Below, in pieces: positions 20,298 through 24,000 of a stretch of DNA of 24,000 nt. This DNA is from Enterovibrio coralii (lineage in GTDB: Bacteria > Pseudomonadota > Gammaproteobacteria > Enterobacterales > Vibrionaceae): NCBI RefSeq assembly GCF_001559595.1, contig NZ_LNTY01000017.1:29613-53612 (forward strand), in the 5' to 3' direction. Both the position numbers and the translations under genes were made by a program. Positions within the stretch are counted from its first letter, which is position 1; the number at the start of each line of letters is the position of its first letter. The notes under the pieces were generated by a model that saw only the letters and a program-made list of their open reading frames with translations, did not search any database and was not told where the DNA came from.

Positions 20298-21308
20298 TCA
20301 GGCGGTTTGCTCGAGCGGGACCTCGTTTGCCTGCGCGGCGAAGAAGGTTAACGCCTTTTCAAGTGCTTGATTTCGAATGTCATCACGCTCAAACAATAGC
20401 TCATGACGAGACTCAGCAATGATGTCGAATTGGACGGGTAATCCTGCACTTTGGCGATCGCGATAGAACTGGAACATGGCCTCATTACAAACAATCTGAT
20501 CGCGCGCAGCTTGCATCAAAAGAACAGGCATCTCGATTTGGGTCGCGGCTTGCATCATGCACTCACACGCACTTAGGCTTTGCCATATCCACTGTGCACT
20601 TGGCCCACCTACTTTCAGTGTCTCGTCAGATTCATACAGCTCTCTGAACCACTGATAACGCGCTTCTGATTGCGTCAGTAGGTTGTGCTTGAACGGTTTT
20701 GCCCAGTACGGCACCTGACCCGGCGCAAAGCCTGCAGGGTGCTGGAGTTTGGACAACACCTTACAAAGTGGCTCAGCCGTTTTCTGTAACAAGGGGGACA
20801 GGTTGATGCCAAGCATTGGTGCACTCAGAGCAATTGCATCAATGGCGTTTGGTTTGCGCGCGGCATACAGCACGGAAATGGCACCGCCCATGGAGTGCGC
20901 CAAAATCATGCGTTGCTGGTGGTTCTTCTGCGCGACGACGTCATTAATGAAGGTGTCGAGGTCGTCCACATAGTGTTCGAAATCAACTACATGACCAATA
21001 TCACTGCCAGTAACCAGTCGATGGCTGTGACCCTGACCGCGGTGATCGTAGCTGTAAACGTCGTATCCCTGACGGAACAAATCAAAAAACACTTCCTGAT
21101 ATTTTGCGGTTGCCTCGATGCGGCCATTAACGACCACAATGGCTTTGGTGTGCTCAGGCTTAGTAAATGCGCACCAGTTCAGGCGCAATCCGTCTTGGCC
21201 GATAACTTGGCCTTGCTGTCGCGATGCCCAAAATGGGGAAACCTGCTCGACCATGGTCGAAGCCAATGATTTCTCACTCGAAAATAAAAAAGGGCGTTCA
21301 ATTGACAT
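20298..21308 (-). CDS. pldB: Lysophospholipase L2 (alpha/beta hydrolase)
   Basis: V.NGRIE...KY.E...DLF..G.DV...DHRGQG.S.RL, H.YVDDL..F and ILAHSMGGAIS (GxSxG nucleophile elbow) resemble E. coli PldB. It sits directly upstream of yigL, as in E. coli. Confidence 0.88.
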   Translation of the reverse strand: MSIERPFLFSSEKSLASTMVEQVSPFWASRQQGQVIGQDGLRLNWCAFTKPEHTKAIVVVNGRIEATAKYQEVFFDLFRQGYDVYSYDHRGQGHSHRLVTGSDIGHVVDFEHYVDDLDTFINDVVAQKNHQQRMILAHSMGGAISVLYAARKPNAIDAIALSAPMLGINLSPLLQKTAEPLCKVLSKLQHPAGFAPGQVPYWAKPFKHNLLTQSEARYQWFRELYESDETLKVGGPSAQWIWQSLSACECMMQAATQIEMPVLLMQAARDQIVCNEAMFQFYRDRQSAGLPVQFDIIAESRHELLFERDDIRNQALEKALTFFAAQANEVPLEQTA

Positions 21309-21410
21309 GTGTAATCCGGCTCGGGGTTTTTATTTAGCATACCACAGTCATGTGACGAGCTAGTGTTAGTTGATGATTTCGCACTTGGCGAGAATGTCAC
21401 ATTGCACGTA

Positions 21411-21441
21411 AACAAAAACAGCCAGCACGAGGCTGGCTGTT
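21411..21441 (-). terminator. Rho-independent terminator of the AbgT-family gene (minus strand)
   Basis: cagccagc (21419-21426), loop acgag, gctggctg (21432-21439). On the minus strand it is followed by tttttgttt. Confidence 0.8.
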
Positions 21442-21465
21442 GGGTTCATCACTTAGTCTTGGGTG

Positions 21466-23066
21466 TTATTGACTGAAGTTGAAGTAGGTTTCTGCGCCTG
21501 GTCCCACAGGGAAGCCTGCGACGAATACCCAGAGGTAGAAGAACACGCTCCAGCCCGCCAGGAACACCAGTGTATATGGCAGCATGGTGGCAATCAGCGT
21601 ACCGATGCCAAGGTCGCGTTTGTATCGTGCGGCAACCGCAAGGATAAGGCCAAAGTAGCTCATCATTGGGGTGATCAGGTTCGTCACAGAATCACCGATT
21701 CGATAAGCTGCTTGAATGGTCTCTGGCGCGTAGCCAACCAGCATCAGCATTGGTACGAAGATAGGTGCCGTCACTGCCCATTGCGCCGATGCCGAACCCA
21801 GCGTCAGGTTGATCACGCCACACATGATGATGAAGGCGAAGAACAGCATTGGGCCAGTTAGACCGATGCTTTGTAGGAAGTCAGCACCGCCAACTGCAAT
21901 AACCTGACCAAAGTTGGTCCATTTAAACAGGGCAACGAATTGCGCAGCAAAGAACACCAGAACAATGTACAGACCCATAGCACTGATGGATTTCGCCATC
22001 GCATCAATCACGTCACGGTCGTTTTTCATCGTGCCGACGGTTTTGCCGTACACGAAGCCAGGGATAGCAAAGAACACCAGAATGAATGCGACGATGCCTT
22101 TCAGGAACGGTGAACCTGCCACTTCGCCCGTTTCAGGGTGACGCAGGATGCCCCACTCAGGAACGATGGTCAGCGCCAACACACCCGCAACTGCCAGTGC
22201 AGCAATACCTGCGTTACGCATACCGCGTTTTTCCAGCGCTGTTACGCGACCCGCTTCTTTGGCTTCAAAATCTTCGGCCGCCATTGATTGGTCGTATTTA
22301 CCCAGCTTTGGCTCAACGATTCTCTCAGTAACCCACGCACCCAAGAAAGTGATCAGGAAGGTCGAGGCAAACATGAAGTACCAGTTAGCTTCGGGGCCCA
22401 CCGTGTAGCTTGGGTCAATCATCTGCGCCGAGGTTTCAGTGATACCTGACAGCAGTGGGTCAACCGTGCCCAGCAGAAGGTTTGCGGAATAACCACCGGA
22501 CACACCCGCAAAGGCTGCCGCGAGACCCGCGAGCGGGTGACGACCTAAGGAGTGGAAGATCATCGCTGCCAGTGGGATAAGCACCACATAGCCAAGCTCA
22601 GACGCGGTGTTAGAGACGATACCGGCAAACACCACGGTCAGTGTCACCATGCGGCGAGAAGCCCCCATCACCATCGAACGCATGGTGGCAGAGAGCAGGC
22701 CTGAGTGTTCAGCAACCGCCACACCCATCATGCAACCAATACGGTGCCGAGCGGCGCGAAGCCAGTGAAGTTTTTCACCAAGTTGGTGACAATCAGCTGC
22801 ACGCCTTCGGCGTTAAGCAAGCTTTGCACGTAAATCATGCCATCGGCAGCGCGTCCCGGTGCGCCTTCTGGGCGTGGGTCGGCAACAGAAAGGCCAAAGT
22901 ATCCCGCAATGCCCGATGCAAAGAAGATAAACACACAAAGCATGGCAAACAGAGTGACCGGGTGCGGGAGAAGGTTACCGAGGAATTCAACGGTATCGAG
23001 AAAACGGGAAAAAAACGTCTTGTTCGGCTTCCCGCCAGGTTGGTATTTCGAAGCGGCTGACTGCAT
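21466..23066 (-). pseudogene. AbgT/MtrF-family transporter (p-aminobenzoyl-glutamate / antimetabolite efflux family), split by a 1-nt frameshift at 22728-22731 (track ORFs 22728..23078 and 21466..22731)
   Basis: The N-fragment ends ...NFTGFAPLGTVLVA* and the C-fragment begins MMGVAVAEHSGLL.... E. coli AbgT reads FSGFAPLGAILALVLGAGLAERVGLL continuously across this point, inside a TM helix. The junction is gtt gcA TGA tgg (an ATGA overlap). Other family blocks: GRHP.AGLAAAFAGVSGGYSANLL, ILR.P, FFA.QFVA.F.W.N.G, GSASA.W...APIFVPM. The likely true start is ATG 23066 (SD ggagga 4-5 nt upstream); the track start is 23078. Confidence 0.85.
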
Positions 23067-23078
23067 CACTTCCTCCAT

Positions 23079-23299
23079 GTATTACAACGTATCCATTTCG
23101 TTTCCCAAGCATGCTAGGCGAATTAAATGATAATTTGCAACACAATGAACTACTAAGTGAGCCTAAATTAGACGTAAAACTTAATAATAAATTAACAATT
23201 GAAGTTAAATATTGTTTGTTTTGTATTCGATTTGGTTAGGCTGCTATCAAGGATAATATCGGACAATAGGACGCGAATTTCGCCAGTGATCAGGAGGGT
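23079..23299. promoter_or_regulatory. AT-rich divergent promoter region between the AbgT-family gene and the acyltransferase gene
   Basis: 221 bp between divergent starts, very AT-rich (e.g. taaaacttaataataaattaacaattgaagttaaatattg). No ORF with an SD. Confidence 0.45.
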
Positions 23300-24000
23300 A
23301 TGCAGAAAAAAATCTTCTATATTGAATTGCTTCGAGTCGTGGCCGCGTTTGCCGTTATCGCGATTCATGTCTTGGGGCCTTATCGCCATCTGCCCGGCAC
23401 CATACCTGACTTTGATTGGATCTCTGCTATCTCGATCAATGGAGCAAGTCGGTGGGCTGTGCCGGTCTTTATCATGATAACGGGTGCATTATTGCTTTCA
23501 GACACGCGTCCTTTTTCGGCGTCGCTCTTTCTTCGCCGTCGGGTGATGAAAGTCTTGGTTCCGTTTGTTGTGTGGTCGATTTTCTATGCAGTGTTGGCGG
23601 CCATTTCGTTACAAAATGTAAATTGGACGGAAACTGTACAGCGTTTAACGCACTTTCCCGTTGAAGAAACTTACTACCACCTCGGCTTTTTTTACTACTT
23701 CATTCCGTTGTATCTGCTTATTCCTGTTTTTCGCCCCGTGGTGCAAAAAGAGGATCACAACCTCTTTTATGCCTTGCTGACATCTTGGCTGGTGTTGTGT
23801 GCGGCAAGATTGATGGGGATGTCACTGGGTTGGATTGAAGATTTGGTGTTGTACGGTGGCTATCTGCTGTTGGGATGGGGATTACACAACCGCACTTTGC
23901 CGCTTCGCTATTTGTTGTTTGTTGGTGTGATGGCATTGGTGTTTACGGAATACACGGCCATTTCCCAAAGTGTCTCAACGGGCACATACACAAGTGCAGG
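23300..24000 (+). CDS. Acyltransferase family 3 (OafA/YrhL-type membrane acyltransferase), N-terminal 233 codons; continues beyond the window
   Basis: Absent from the ORF track because no stop lies in the window. My manual translation from ATG 23300 (SD aggaggg at 23292-23298) is open to nt 24000: MQKKIFYIELLRVVAAFAVIAIHVLGPY...ASRWAVPVFIMITGALLL...VLVPFVVWSIFY.... This is a typical acyltransferase-3 N-terminus (conserved His after TM1) followed by multiple TM segments. Confidence 0.85.
   Translation, partial: MQKKIFYIELLRVVAAFAVIAIHVLGPYRHLPGTIPDFDWISAISINGASRWAVPVFIMITGALLLSDTRPFSASLFLRRRVMKVLVPFVVWSIFYAVLAAISLQNVNWTETVQRLTHFPVEETYYHLGFFYYFIPLYLLIPVFRPVVQKEDHNLFYALLTSWLVLCAARLMGMSLGWIEDLVLYGGYLLLGWGLHNRTLPLRYLLFVGVMALVFTEYTAISQSVSTGTYTSA

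Noticed and set aside
19772-20422. 216-aa plus-strand ORF spanning yigL, the spacer and the pldB 3' end.
   Set aside because: It is antisense to two well-supported genes, crosses an intergenic region, and has no recognisable motif.
21349-21401. Inverted 7-mers atgtgac / gtcacat upstream of pldB as a CRP site.
   Set aside because: The arms are about 40 nt apart rather than the 6-nt spacing of a CRP box. They are more likely chance half-site-like sequences.

Overview
The window reads as conserved chromosomal core of a gammaproteobacterium, probably Vibrionaceae-like. That assignment is an inference from near-identity of several products to E. coli proteins as I recall them, and from the gene set. 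Gene order: rho (5' truncated by the window edge) > secreted hypothetical > ubiD > small 2Fe-2S ferredoxin > fre > < yigM-like DMT transporter < uspA, uspB > MscS-family channel > yhiN-like flavoprotein > NIT-domain methyl-accepting chemotaxis protein > < ygjK-like GH63 glucosidase lipoprotein < aldehyde dehydrogenase < DTW-domain protein < large lipoprotein, EVE-domain protein > < yigL < pldB < AbgT-family transporter, acyltransferase-3 protein > (runs off the 3' edge; not in the supplied ORF track, found by reading the sequence). Most convergent or terminal gene ends carry clear hairpin plus T-tract terminators. I found no rRNA, tRNA, CRISPR array, transposase, integrase, phage gene or recognisable defence or toxin cassette. 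I cannot support a claim of a novel multi-gene system here. The observations most worth a second look are: (1) a tandem internal duplication of about 125 aa in UbiD; (2) a ferredoxin gene translationally coupled between ubiD and fre; (3) four interrupted ORFs, of which three (MCP, aldehyde dehydrogenase, AbgT transporter) are each repaired by adding exactly one nucleotide and the fourth (lipoprotein) has an in-frame TGA; (4) a long AT-rich uspA-uspB divergent intergenic region of about 670 bp containing a protein-like ORF without a good start. Several ORF-track starts were revised using Shine-Dalgarno (SD) positions and N-terminal alignment.
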